Shown piece by piece: positions 29,171-39,007 of a stretch of DNA of 64,000 nt (its first letter is position 1; the number at the start of each line of letters is the position of its first letter). The stretch comes from an uncultured Ruminococcus sp. Lineage in GTDB: Bacteria; Bacillota; Clostridia; Oscillospirales; Ruminococcaceae. The stretch is from contig CAJTWQ010000001.1 of the NCBI GenBank assembly GCA_910579835.1, positions 57,798-121,797 on the forward strand, given 5' to 3'. The position numbers and the translations under genes are program-made. The notes below the pieces were generated by a model that saw only the letters and a list, made by a program, of their open reading frames with translations, did no database searches and was not told where the DNA came from.

Positions 29171-29604
29171 ACTCTCCATATACAGACAGCGAACCACGCT
29201 GCGCCCCCTGCGGCGGCAATGCTGAATAAAAGACCGAAGATACAGGTGGCCGCTGCAAATTTATCAAACACAAAGCCTCTGCGCCTATTCAGACGCACCT
29301 TACAATTTTTGCAGGATTTATATACGAATTTTGGTTCGGCGGGAAAAAGGCAGGGATAATTTTCGCTGCCGATGCGATAGAACGCCGATCTGAATCGTCC
29401 GTTCTGCCGCTTGTCAATTCTCTCAAAAACAGCCTTGCACTTTTTTGAGGTTATAAGGAATACGAAAGATACGGCAAAAAACAGAGTCATTGCAAGGATG
29501 ATCAGACATATGAGAACAAGCGCCCCGATTATAATAATATCGGCGCTCACCCTGAAAACAATGCAAAGAACGGCGATTACGGCAAGAGCTGCAATGAATT
29601 CCAT
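29167..29604 (-). CDS. Hypothetical membrane protein
   Basis: Three hydrophobic segments; coupled to the downstream gene. Confidence 0.7.
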   Translation of the reverse strand: MEFIAALAVIAVLCIVFRVSADIIIIGALVLICLIILAMTLFFAVSFVFLITSKKCKAVFERIDKRQNGRFRSAFYRIGSENYPCLFPAEPKFVYKSCKNCKVRLNRRRGFVFDKFAAATCIFGLLFSIAAAGGAAWFAVCIWRV

Positions 29605-29623
29605 ACATGATACCCCTTTCGCA

Positions 29624-32266
29624 TCATTTTTTTGCCGCAGCTTCTTTTATCATTCTGATAATCTGCGTGAGAGCAAAGGGAATAACTGCAAATCCTGCCA
29701 CCTGAAGCAGATTTACGGCGGTAAAGGCATTGCTGACGTTCATAATGCCTTGCAAAGGGGCGATCATCAGAGCGCATACAAGGAACAAGGCTCCGGCAAG
29801 AAACGCCCCTACAGAAAACATATTTCCGGTAACGCCAAGCTTTGCCAGCGAGTATTCTCCGCGACTGTCAAAGCCCTCAAAAAGCCGGGCAAGACAGAGT
29901 GTTCCGAAAGCCATGGTACTTGCCATCGCCGCAGAATCGCAGCCGCTTTTTCCAACTAGGAACGCAGCCATTACGCAGGTGGCAATTATTACACTGTGGA
30001 AGACAATATATATTCCCGTTTCCTTATTAAGTATGGACTCTTTTGAGGAACGGGGTTTTTGGTTCATAAGGCCGGGCTGCATAGGCTCCATGCAGAGAGC
30101 CAGAGCCGGAAGAGAATCTGTCAGCAGGTTTATAAACAGCAGATGAACCGGACTGAAAGGCAGAGGCAAATTAAGAACAGTTGTAAGAAGAACTACCAGG
30201 ATAGCCGCAGCGTTTCCTGCAAGAAGAAACTTGATAGCATTCTTGATATTTCCGTAAATGCATCGTCCGTTGGCGACAGCCTTGACAATAGTAGCAAAGT
30301 TGTCGTCGGCAAGGATCATAGAAGCGGCATCCTTGGATACCTCTGTGCCGGTAATTCCCATAGCAACGCCTACATCGGCTTTTTTCAGTGCAGGAGCGTC
30401 GTTAACTCCGTCTCCGGTCATGGCGACTACCATATCCTTTGCCTGCCACAGTCCGACTATCCTTATTTTGTGAACTGGCGAAACACGGGCATAGACGGAT
30501 ATTTTTTCAAGCTTGGCGGAAAGCTCCTCATCGGAGATATTGTCCAGCTCCGTTCCGTCCATTGCAATATCTCCGTCCTTATAGATACCGATTTCCTTTG
30601 CAATAGCCACGGCGGTGAGCTTATGGTCACCTGTAATCATAACCGGCTTTATTCCGGCGGAGATACATTCTGCAACAGCAGTTTTGCTCTCTTCACGGGG
30701 CGGATCGGTCATTGCTGCAAGTCCGATATAGATATAATCGCATTCGTCCTCAAGAGTGACAGCGGCATTGTTTTTTAGAACCTTTTTTGCAAAAGCCAGA
30801 ACTCTCATGCCGTTTTCGGAATATGCCAAATTTACCCTGCGGATGTTTTCAAAATCTTTTTCTGTAGTGGGACGTATGTTGTCGCCGTCAAGTATAAATT
30901 TCAGTCTGGGAATAAGCACGTCCACTGCGCCTTTCGTAAAAGCCGTGCGCTCACCGCCGATATTATGAACGGTCGTCATAAGTTTTCTGTCGCTGTCAAA
31001 AGGAATTTCGTCAAGACGTGGATTTTCCTCCCTGATACGCACATAGTTTTCCGCACCGAGATACTCCGCAAGAGCCGTTTCCGTCGGATCTCCCAGCCAT
31101 CCAGCCGGCGGCTGAACCGATTCACGTTCACACCCGCAAGCTCGTTTACTCTCATTTTCGGCAGAGGCTTTATTTGCCGCGTCATTGCAGAGAGCCATTG
31201 CAAGGAGCAGATCACTCATAGCGGCTTCACCGGGAGAGTTTATGTCGCGTACAGTCATTTTATTCTGTGTAAGCGTGCCTGTCTTGTCGGAGCATATAAC
31301 AGATACGCAGCCCAGACCCTCAACGGCTTTCAGATCCTTGATTATAGCCTTTTGCTTAGACATTTTCTGTGTGCCGATAGCAAGAGAAATGGTGATAATA
31401 GAGCTGAGAGCTTCCGGAATCGCCGCAACTGCAAGAGCGACGGCGAACATCATAGCATCCACCGCACTCTGACCGTTGATAAAATAAGTCATAAGGAAAA
31501 CCATGATACAGATAGCGATAACGGCAATCGAAAGTATTTTGCTGAACTTATCAAGACTCACCTGCAAAGGTGTTTTTTTCTTTTTGGCATTCTGCATAAG
31601 AGATGCTATTTTACCGATTTCGGTATTCATTCCCACAGCCGTTACGACAGCCGCAGCTCGTCCGTTTGCGATATTGGAGCCGCTGTAGATCATATTTAAT
31701 CTGTCTCCCAGAGGAAGCTCGTCTTTATCTATACGCTCAGCGGATTTCGTAACATTCAGCGATTCTCCGGTAAGCGCGCTCTCGTTTACCTGAAGAGAAG
31801 CGGCTTCAAGAATACGTCCGTCGGCGGAGGCAACGTTTCCAGCCTCTATAAGAAGAATATCGCCCACAACTACCTCGGATGCCGGAATTTCCGCCTGTAC
31901 GCCGTTTCTTACAACTCTTGCATTCGGGGAACTCATGGCTTTTAGACTGTTAAGGGATTTCTGAGCTTTTACATGTTGTACCGTTCCGATAATAGCGTTC
32001 ATAACAAGAACTACAAGAATAACGATAGTGCTTCCAATCTCGCCGCTTATTATAGAGACAACAGACGCAGCAATGAGTATAGCTACAAGAAGATCGGCAA
32101 ACTGCTCAAGAAATACCGTAATAAGGCTTTTCTGCTTCTCCTCGGCAATTGCGTTTTCACCGCTTTTTCGGCGGCTTTCCAATACCTGCGCATCCGTCAG
32201 TCCTTTTGTTTTGTCCGAACCGAGCCGGCTGACAGCCTCATCCGCATCCTGATTAAAATAGTTCAT
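29624..32266 (-). CDS. P-type IIA cation-transporting ATPase (Ca2+/Mn2+)
   Basis: TGES, IPEAL, CSDKTGTLT, KGA, TGDGVNDAPALK. Confidence 0.95.
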   Translation of the reverse strand: MNYFNQDADEAVSRLGSDKTKGLTDAQVLESRRKSGENAIAEEKQKSLITVFLEQFADLLVAILIAASVVSIISGEIGSTIVILVVLVMNAIIGTVQHVKAQKSLNSLKAMSSPNARVVRNGVQAEIPASEVVVGDILLIEAGNVASADGRILEAASLQVNESALTGESLNVTKSAERIDKDELPLGDRLNMIYSGSNIANGRAAAVVTAVGMNTEIGKIASLMQNAKKKKTPLQVSLDKFSKILSIAVIAICIMVFLMTYFINGQSAVDAMMFAVALAVAAIPEALSSIITISLAIGTQKMSKQKAIIKDLKAVEGLGCVSVICSDKTGTLTQNKMTVRDINSPGEAAMSDLLLAMALCNDAANKASAENESKRACGCERESVQPPAGWLGDPTETALAEYLGAENYVRIREENPRLDEIPFDSDRKLMTTVHNIGGERTAFTKGAVDVLIPRLKFILDGDNIRPTTEKDFENIRRVNLAYSENGMRVLAFAKKVLKNNAAVTLEDECDYIYIGLAAMTDPPREESKTAVAECISAGIKPVMITGDHKLTAVAIAKEIGIYKDGDIAMDGTELDNISDEELSAKLEKISVYARVSPVHKIRIVGLWQAKDMVVAMTGDGVNDAPALKKADVGVAMGITGTEVSKDAASMILADDNFATIVKAVANGRCIYGNIKNAIKFLLAGNAAAILVVLLTTVLNLPLPFSPVHLLFINLLTDSLPALALCMEPMQPGLMNQKPRSSKESILNKETGIYIVFHSVIIATCVMAAFLVGKSGCDSAAMASTMAFGTLCLARLFEGFDSRGEYSLAKLGVTGNMFSVGAFLAGALFLVCALMIAPLQGIMNVSNAFTAVNLLQVAGFAVIPFALTQIIRMIKEAAAKK

Positions 32267-32290
32267 ATTCTCTCTCCTTTACACTGCATG

Positions 32291-32350
32291 AAAAAAGACT
32301 TTTATTGCAGCTTAGTATGAAAAGTCATATTAAAGTGCAATAAAAGTCTT
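32291..32350 (-). terminator. Riboswitch expression-platform terminator
   Basis: Minus strand AAGACTTTTATTGCA...TGCAATAAAAGTCTT followed by a T-run, overlapping the aptamer 3' strand. Confidence 0.85.
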
Positions 32351-32447
32351 GCTAAAGCAACGCTGCTCTGTCCGCCCGACGGTAAAAAGCCGTGGTTATG
32401 GCGATGCGGACACCCTGCGTTTCCACAGGGAAGCTACTCCCTTTTAC
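32341..32447 (-). ncRNA. yybP-ykoY (Mn2+) riboswitch
   Basis: Minus strand AAAAGGGGAGTAGC...AGCAAGACTTTT hallmark ends; upstream of a P-type ATPase; TTGACA-17-TATTAT promoter at 32454-32482. Confidence 0.9.
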
Positions 32448-32693
32448 TATATTATAATATCATCAATTACGAAATCTGTCAAGGATTTCCGTCATTATTT
32501 TTTGTAGAATTAGAGCTTAAAAAAGTTCATTTTTCTGTATAATCTATTTCTATGCATTGCTTTTACCGTCATAATCAACAAATTAAAGAAATATTGATTA
32601 ATAAAACGTTACATTTTAGAAACTTTTTTATTTTTGCTTGAAAAAGCCTGTAACTGGTGATATAATATTTAAATACAGAGAAAGGAGAAATAA

Positions 32694-33557
32694 ATGAAAA
32701 AAAGAATTTCTGTCCTTATGACAGGCTGTCTTTTTCTGTCATGTTTTCTCACCTCATGCAGCGGCAGCGGAAAAAGCTCTGTTTCTGGAGACTCCGAAAA
32801 GGAAAAGCAGGTGTTTCATGAGGAGATTCCGTATGAAACAGAAACCGGAGATCCTGCCGTAAAGGAATACAGGGAAGCTGACGTTGATAAAAGCGGCGGC
32901 AATGCGGATTCTGACGAAAACGATTCCGGATATATACCCGAAAAACCTATAGGAGGAGATATAACCGGAAACTGGGAAATAACCGACGAGGGCACGGGTG
33001 AGCTGATAACATTGATGTTTGAGGAGGAAGGCGGCGGTTCGGTATATATCGACGCTACCAAATATCTGTTTTTTAATAAAGAGGGCAATCTCTGCGTTTA
33101 CGGAATGGATATAGGCGACAATACCGTGCAGTTTGACGGAAAAACCATGACCGTCACTATGTCCACCGACCTGCTTGGAGATGAAATAGAAAAGCTTACG
33201 GAAGACGCCACCCTTATGATTCTTGAAAAAACAGAACCAGACGTCAGTTCGGAGCTTGACGGGGAATACCGTTTTGCCGGAGGAGTTCTGGGTACTGTTT
33301 TTGCAGACCGTCTCAGCGATTTTACCGGCGGCAGGGAATTGCCCATTTACGCCCGGATAAGCGGCGAGGATTTCGGCTTGAAGCTCGACCGTCTTTTCAC
33401 ATGGTCGGCGGATGGCCATATCTTGACCGTTTCCGGAACGGGAAGCATACTCGGCGGTGCGGATGGTAATATATCTTATTCCGTTTCCGGCGATAAGCTG
33501 ATTCTCTACTATCCCTTGGGCGGCACTTCAATTCTTACACGCTCAAAACTAAAATGA
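32694..33557 (+). CDS. Lipoprotein, first of a tandem paralog set
   Basis: Lipobox LTSC; ITGNW, LDGEYRFAGG and GDKLIL resemble the 33767 gene. Confidence 0.8.
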   Translation: MKKRISVLMTGCLFLSCFLTSCSGSGKSSVSGDSEKEKQVFHEEIPYETETGDPAVKEYREADVDKSGGNADSDENDSGYIPEKPIGGDITGNWEITDEGTGELITLMFEEEGGGSVYIDATKYLFFNKEGNLCVYGMDIGDNTVQFDGKTMTVTMSTDLLGDEIEKLTEDATLMILEKTEPDVSSELDGEYRFAGGVLGTVFADRLSDFTGGRELPIYARISGEDFGLKLDRLFTWSADGHILTVSGTGSILGGADGNISYSVSGDKLILYYPLGGTSILTRSKLK

Positions 33558-33573
33558 TTATCGAAGGATTTAT

Positions 33574-33690
33574 ATGAAAAAACTTACAGCGATTTTTGTC
33601 GGCTGTATGATGATCATAATAGGGAAGATATTGACGCCGACACTCTCGCAATATATGACGAGGGCGGCGAAGTTAATATAATATTCAAAA
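33574..33690 (+). pseudogene. Internally deleted lipoprotein paralog
   Basis: MKKLTAIFVGCMMI fused out of frame to IDADTLAIYDEGGEVNIIF; these match the N- and C-termini of the 33767 gene. Confidence 0.65.
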
Positions 33691-33766
33691 TCTGTTCATA
33701 TAGGAGTCTGCACACATATCCTACTATGGTCAGATTCTCACAGGAAATTAACAGGAGGAAATTAAA

Positions 33767-34426
33767 ATGAAAAAACTTATGGCTTTATTAATGGGATGCA
33801 TGATGATTGTCTGCACAGCAGCTTCATGCGGAAAATCTGACGATTCAGACAGCGAGGGCGGCAAGAAGGGCAGCGGTACGTCTCAGTCTGATGACGAGAA
33901 ACAGACCGACCCTATCGTGGGCACATGGATAGGAGAGAATCCAGAAGAGGACGGCTTTGTAACTTTTGACGAGAATGGCGGTATTTCCATGAAAGGCGAT
34001 CTCTCGGAGCTTATACAGTTCGACGGAGGTAAGGTAGTATTCGGCGGCGAGGATTTTACACAGTATGCTGAATTTGACGGCGAAAACTTTACTTTAAACG
34101 CTGAGGGACAGGAACTTCTTACACTCAAAAAAACCGAAAAGGGCAGCGCTGATAACTATGACGGAACATACGAGATTACAGGCGGTATGTTTGTGGATAT
34201 GATGGCGTCGCAGTTTGGTGCAGAAGGCAGCGGTATGTCTTTTAAAGTTGACGGAAAAACTACCTATATGATTATTGATGGTATGGGCACATATACCGCT
34301 AATGGCGACAATAAATACACTGTTACGGCTATGGGCGAGACAAACGAAGCAGTCATTGACGGTAATAAGCTCACAATGTTCGACGAGAACGGGAAAGAGG
34401 ATGCCGTATTTACAAGAGAAAAATAA
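33767..34426 (+). CDS. Lipoprotein
   Basis: Lipobox AASC; IVGTW; YDGTYEITGG. Confidence 0.82.
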   Translation: MKKLMALLMGCMMIVCTAASCGKSDDSDSEGGKKGSGTSQSDDEKQTDPIVGTWIGENPEEDGFVTFDENGGISMKGDLSELIQFDGGKVVFGGEDFTQYAEFDGENFTLNAEGQELLTLKKTEKGSADNYDGTYEITGGMFVDMMASQFGAEGSGMSFKVDGKTTYMIIDGMGTYTANGDNKYTVTAMGETNEAVIDGNKLTMFDENGKEDAVFTREK

Positions 34427-34498
34427 GCGTATTTGACGCGTTATGCTTTTTATACCAATTCCAAAAAACAACAGACAAATCCGGAGGTGAATTTTTTC

Positions 34499-34582
34499 AT
34501 GGACTCAGGTCCTGACGGCAGTAACAATAAAAATCTGTCTGTCCCCGTTGCTTTCAGCAGCAGGCTCTATCGGCTGTGTTAG
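34499..34582 (+). CDS. Putative 27-aa leader peptide (MDSGPDGSNNKNLSVPVAFSSRLYRLC)
   Basis: Strong GGAGGTGA RBS; lies in the leader of the corC/hlyC gene, followed by a hairpin. Confidence 0.5.
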   Translation: MDSGPDGSNNKNLSVPVAFSSRLYRLC

Positions 34583-34691
34583 GTTTTTTTGCTGATATTA
34601 AAATTTTTGATTATTATTCAGGGATATGCGCGGAAAATTACTTCCGCACATTTTCCTGTGCAATTAAATTTAAAGTAACGGAGGATTTAAA

Positions 34692-36008
34692 ATGGCTGCG
34701 GAAATTATTCTGCAAATAGTTTTTTTAGCGCTTTACGCCGTTTTTACTTTTGCTGAAACGGCGATCATTTCGGTCAATGATAATAATCTCGACAAGTTGG
34801 CGGCAAGCGGAGGAAAAAAAGCCTGCCGGCTGAAAAAGCTTGTTGAAAGTCCCTCACGGTTTATGGCGTCTATTCACGCCGCTATACTGTTCACAGGATT
34901 TCTTGGAGCAGCTTTTGCAGTTCTCAGCTTTTCGGAACCGCTGACCTCGCTCATACTTAAAACAGGACTTGATTTGCCTTTCAGGTGCGTTCTTTATGTG
35001 TCCGCTGCGGCAGTATCGGCTGTGACGCTCTATTTCACGGTGGTTATCGGAGAACTTATTCCTAAAAGACTTGTAAAGAAGAATCCGGAAAATCTTGCGC
35101 TGCGCATGAGTGGCTTTATAGCTCTTGTTTCCAGGATCTTTACGCCCTTCGTCTGTCTCAGCAGGCTTCTTTCCGGAGGTATACTGCGCCTTGCAGGAAT
35201 TGATCCGGACAGCGGTGAAAATGCCGTTACCGAAGAGGAGATCCTCATGATGTCCGATGCAGGTGCGGAAAACGGAACTATCGACGAGGACGAAAATAGG
35301 ATTATTAAAAATGTTTTTGCCTTTGACGATCTTACCGCAGATCAGGTATGCACTCACAGAACGGATGTAAGCGTCCTTTGGAGCAGTGATCCTATAGAGG
35401 TCTGGGAGGAGACTATTCACCGGACACGGCACTCAGTATTTCCTGTATGCGGCGAAAATGTGGATAATATTATCGGCGTTCTTGACGCAAAGGATTACTT
35501 TCGGCTTGAAAACAAAAGTCTTGAGAATATCATGGAAAATGCCGTCCGTGAGCCTTATTTCGTTCATGAAAATATGAAAGCCGACAGGCTTTTTGAAGCG
35601 ATGAAGCAGTCCGGAGCGGATCATTTTGCCGTTGTGGTCGATGAATACGGCGGCATGAGCGGCATTGTCACTATTACTGATCTTGTAGAGGAGCTTGTGG
35701 GCGATTTTGCCGATGACGAATCTGATTTGACCACCGCCAGACTTGAAGAAACTGGAGACGGAATATGGAACGTTCCGGGAATTACTGCTCTCAGCGAGGT
35801 ATGCGACGAGCTTGACACGGTTCTTCCGGCAGACAAATATGACACATTTGGCGGATATGTTATCGCCATGCTTGGGGAAATACCTGCAAACGGAACGCAG
35901 GTTTCACTTGAAGCTGACGGTCTGACTATAGATGTAATTGAGGTAAAGCATCACCGTATTGAGCTTTGCAGAGTGAAAAAGCTGACGTCAGAGCTTACGG
36001 AAGAATAA
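34692..36008 (+). CDS. HlyC/CorC (CNNM) family transporter
   Basis: DUF21 TM domain (AETA, GELIPK), CBS pair (VVDEYGG), CorC domain (DTFGG). Confidence 0.92.
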   Translation: MAAEIILQIVFLALYAVFTFAETAIISVNDNNLDKLAASGGKKACRLKKLVESPSRFMASIHAAILFTGFLGAAFAVLSFSEPLTSLILKTGLDLPFRCVLYVSAAAVSAVTLYFTVVIGELIPKRLVKKNPENLALRMSGFIALVSRIFTPFVCLSRLLSGGILRLAGIDPDSGENAVTEEEILMMSDAGAENGTIDEDENRIIKNVFAFDDLTADQVCTHRTDVSVLWSSDPIEVWEETIHRTRHSVFPVCGENVDNIIGVLDAKDYFRLENKSLENIMENAVREPYFVHENMKADRLFEAMKQSGADHFAVVVDEYGGMSGIVTITDLVEELVGDFADDESDLTTARLEETGDGIWNVPGITALSEVCDELDTVLPADKYDTFGGYVIAMLGEIPANGTQVSLEADGLTIDVIEVKHHRIELCRVKKLTSELTEE

Positions 36009-36011
36009 ATT

Positions 36012-36050
36012 AAAAAGAGCAGCTCCCGAAAAATGAGACTGCTCTTTTCT
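36012..36050. terminator. Bidirectional terminator
   Basis: AAAAGAGCAG...CTGCTCTTTT between convergent genes. Confidence 0.7.
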
Positions 36051-36069
36051 TTTTGTTTCATATTACATA

Positions 36070-36654
36070 TTAATACACCGACTGATCCTGTGCTGCTGTC
36101 GTTGTCGGTTCTGTTGTCGCTGTATTTGTACTGCTGTCTGCAACAGTCACCTTGATCTGAACTTCCTGAGTTTCATCCACAGCAGACTTCAGCGTAATAT
36201 AGCATGTTCCGGGAGCTACGGCAGTAATATTTCCCTGCCAGTCAACAGTTGCTATGTTCTCGTTATCTGATGACCACTTTTCATCCGCCTCGGAAGAACC
36301 TGCCGGATATTCCTTGACCAGAGGCATCTCAGACTGTCCGACATTAAGGTATACGCTGTACCTGTCAAGCTTAAAACCGCTTGTATTTACAGGGGCTGTC
36401 GGAGGTTCTGTGCTTGGGGGAACGGTAGTTATAGGCTGATCCAAAGGCGCCGTAGTGGCAACAGTAGTAGTCTTCGGCTTTGTATCGCTGCTTTTGCTGC
36501 TGCCCTTTGACTTGTCTTTTGAGCAGCCTTTTGCTATAAGTATAATAAAAATCAGCACCAGAAATGCTATCGCAAAAAGTGCGGCAAGTTGCCTTTTTCT
36601 TGCTGTTTCTTTTGATATTCTTTTTCTCGGCCGCTGTGAATTGTTGCTGTCCAT
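36070..36654 (-). CDS. Membrane-anchored Ig-like (Big_2) domain protein
   Basis: Basic N-terminus, one TM helix, Thr/Pro linker, WSSDNENIATVDWQGNITAVAPGT. Confidence 0.82.
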   Translation of the reverse strand: MDSNNSQRPRKRISKETARKRQLAALFAIAFLVLIFIILIAKGCSKDKSKGSSKSSDTKPKTTTVATTAPLDQPITTVPPSTEPPTAPVNTSGFKLDRYSVYLNVGQSEMPLVKEYPAGSSEADEKWSSDNENIATVDWQGNITAVAPGTCYITLKSAVDETQEVQIKVTVADSSTNTATTEPTTTAAQDQSVY

Positions 36655-37108
36655 AACTTTAAATTCCTTTCAGTTATATTTGTTCATAATTATTATATCA
36701 CAAGCTTTTTAAAATGTCACGTCTTTTTGCAATGATTTTTCAAATTTCTTGCACTTTAACATATATAGAGGCAATTTTTTGTCATTTCCTACAAACTTAC
36801 CGGCGGTGCGGGTCTCGGCTGCCATTTCGACCGTTGCTTCTGCTGCGCAGGGTATCCTGATCGGTTCAGGCAGCCTCATTTCATGCAAGTTTTAACACTG
36901 CATTTGTTATTTAACGGCACAGCAGCCCATGTCCGCATGTATGAGAATACAAAATGCAGATGATTTATGCAAAGGTTTTATCAAATCCTGGTTAGAACAA
37001 TTTTTATCTTTAATAAATAAATGCTGTTTCTGGTAATTAAATCTCAAAAAAAGGTGACAAATTCATTTAAATGTGATATAATGGTAAAATAGGAGCGTGA
37101 TAAACAAA

Positions 37109-38539
37109 ATGGATAAATATAAAAAGCTTGCGTTCAATACTATGATCTTTGCCATAGGAAGCTTTGGTTCAAAATTCCTTGTAATTCTTCTTACCAGGCT
37201 ATATACGAATAATATTAGTCCTGCGGACAGCAGCACCAAGGAGCTTCTTGAAATTACCGCCAATTTCCTGTTGCCGATCTTCACATTCTCAATGACCGAG
37301 GCAATAATACGCTATGGTCTGGATAACAAGTACGACAAGGGGCAGGTCTTTACCACCGCCAGTGTACTCAACAGCGCCGGTCTGCTGCTGATGTTGATTG
37401 TCTCACCGCTGCTGAAGCTTATTTCCATCCTCGATTTCATTGACGGCTACACCATACTGCTGCTGATATATGTCTGCACCTCTGCTTTCAGATCGCTGTG
37501 TTCGCAGTTTGTCCGGGCAAAGGGCATGGTTAAGCTTTTTTCTCTGGACGGAATCCTTGCTACTTTGACGCTTTTCATTTTCAACATCATATTTATCTCC
37601 AACTTCCATTGGGGAGTCAAGGGGTTCATGCTTGCAGTAATCCTTTCCGATTTCTGCTCTGCGGTATTTCTGTTTGTTGTGGCAAGACTCCACACAAATC
37701 TGAACATCCGTTATTACAATAAAAAGCTCGCTTCCAGTATGATGCGTTTTGCTGTTCCGCTGATTCCCACAGTCGTTATGTGGGTTATTACCGGATTTTC
37801 CGACCGGCTTTTTATACGTTACATGCACAGCGACAAGGTCGCACTCGGACAGGGTGCAGCCGGAATCTACGGCTATGCAACAAAGATTCCCAACCTTATA
37901 TCAATGGTTTCCACGATCTTTTTTCAGGCATGGAATATGTCGGCAATCATGGAAAACGATTCCAAGGACAGAAGTAAGTTCTACGAAAAGGTTTACGGTG
38001 CCTACGAGGCTCTGCTTTTTATTGCCTCTGCCTGTTTGATTGCCGGAGTACACATTGTTACGCCTTTTTTTGTAAGCACTAAGAACTTCGGTGAATATGG
38101 CAGCGTCTATATTTATACGCCGGTTCTTGTCATTGCCGCGCTGTTCATGTGTCTTGATCAGTTTCTCAGCAGTATATATACAGCTACCAAACATACAAAA
38201 AATTCTTTCTGGACAAGCTTTGCCGCTAGTATGACAAATATTGTTCTCAACTTTTTCCTCATTCCTGAATGGGGAATCCAAGGAGCTTCAATCGCCACAT
38301 TCCTTAGTTATTATCTTTGCTTTTGGGCAAGAATGATAGATGCAAGATATTACGTTCCTTTCCGCTGGAACAGTATCAATTCGCTGTTTAATACTATCGC
38401 CCTGATCCTTATGTGCTGGATTATAATTTCAAAGCCTGCACTATATGTTCTCTGGATCCTTGCGCTGTTCGCTTTCGTTATCTGGAGTAACTATAGATCC
38501 CTCCTTGAAACCGCTAAAAAACTCCTTAACAGAAGATAA
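37109..38539 (+). CDS. Wzx-like polysaccharide flippase (MOP family)
   Basis: KKLAFNTMIFAIGSFGSK, DRLFI, GIYG, WGIQGASIAT; many TM helices. Confidence 0.88.
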   Translation: MDKYKKLAFNTMIFAIGSFGSKFLVILLTRLYTNNISPADSSTKELLEITANFLLPIFTFSMTEAIIRYGLDNKYDKGQVFTTASVLNSAGLLLMLIVSPLLKLISILDFIDGYTILLLIYVCTSAFRSLCSQFVRAKGMVKLFSLDGILATLTLFIFNIIFISNFHWGVKGFMLAVILSDFCSAVFLFVVARLHTNLNIRYYNKKLASSMMRFAVPLIPTVVMWVITGFSDRLFIRYMHSDKVALGQGAAGIYGYATKIPNLISMVSTIFFQAWNMSAIMENDSKDRSKFYEKVYGAYEALLFIASACLIAGVHIVTPFFVSTKNFGEYGSVYIYTPVLVIAALFMCLDQFLSSIYTATKHTKNSFWTSFAASMTNIVLNFFLIPEWGIQGASIATFLSYYLCFWARMIDARYYVPFRWNSINSLFNTIALILMCWIIISKPALYVLWILALFAFVIWSNYRSLLETAKKLLNRR

Positions 38540-38542
38540 CAA

Positions 38543-38687
38543 GAAACTCCGCCGATAAAACGGCGGAGTTTCAGCTTGTGGAAAAAAACAATTTTTAATT
38601 GGACTCTCCTTAAAAAAACACTATTGAAAATATGGTTTTATCAACGATCAGAGCGTATCATATAAAGTTTATATTAATGCGCTCTGA
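38543..38687. repeat. Composite REP/MITE-like palindromic region between convergent genes
   Basis: Hairpin GAAACTCCGCCG/CGGCGGAGTTTC, then CAGCTTGTGGAAAAA...TTTTATCAACGATCAG, then hairpin TCAGAGCG...CGCTCTGA. Confidence 0.55.
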
Positions 38688-38696
38688 TATTATTCA

Positions 38697-38981
38697 TCAC
38701 TTTACGGCAAGAGCCTTTTCAAGCCAGACGTTGGCAATGTCAAGAGCCTCGTAAAGACCGCATTCTTTTTCAGTATTCTTTACAAAAGCTTTCATAGGGT
38801 CGGATGTCTCTGTAGACATCTGGATAACTCTCACCTTTGAAGCGGTTTTTATATTATCCACATCCCTGACGGCAAGAATCTGGATCCATATTACATAGGG
38901 GTCTGCCATATATCCATAGTAAAGTTCGCTGCCTTTTCTCACCAGCGGATACCCCTTATACATTAAAAATTTTTCGTTCAT
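38697..38981 (-). CDS. Conserved hypothetical protein
   Basis: YKGYPLVR..ELYYG...GLYEALDIANVWL; GGAGG RBS. Confidence 0.75.
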   Translation of the reverse strand: MNEKFLMYKGYPLVRKGSELYYGYMADPYVIWIQILAVRDVDNIKTASKVRVIQMSTETSDPMKAFVKNTEKECGLYEALDIANVWLEKALAVK

Positions 38982-39007
38982 TATTACATTTACCTCCGTC
39001 AAAAATA

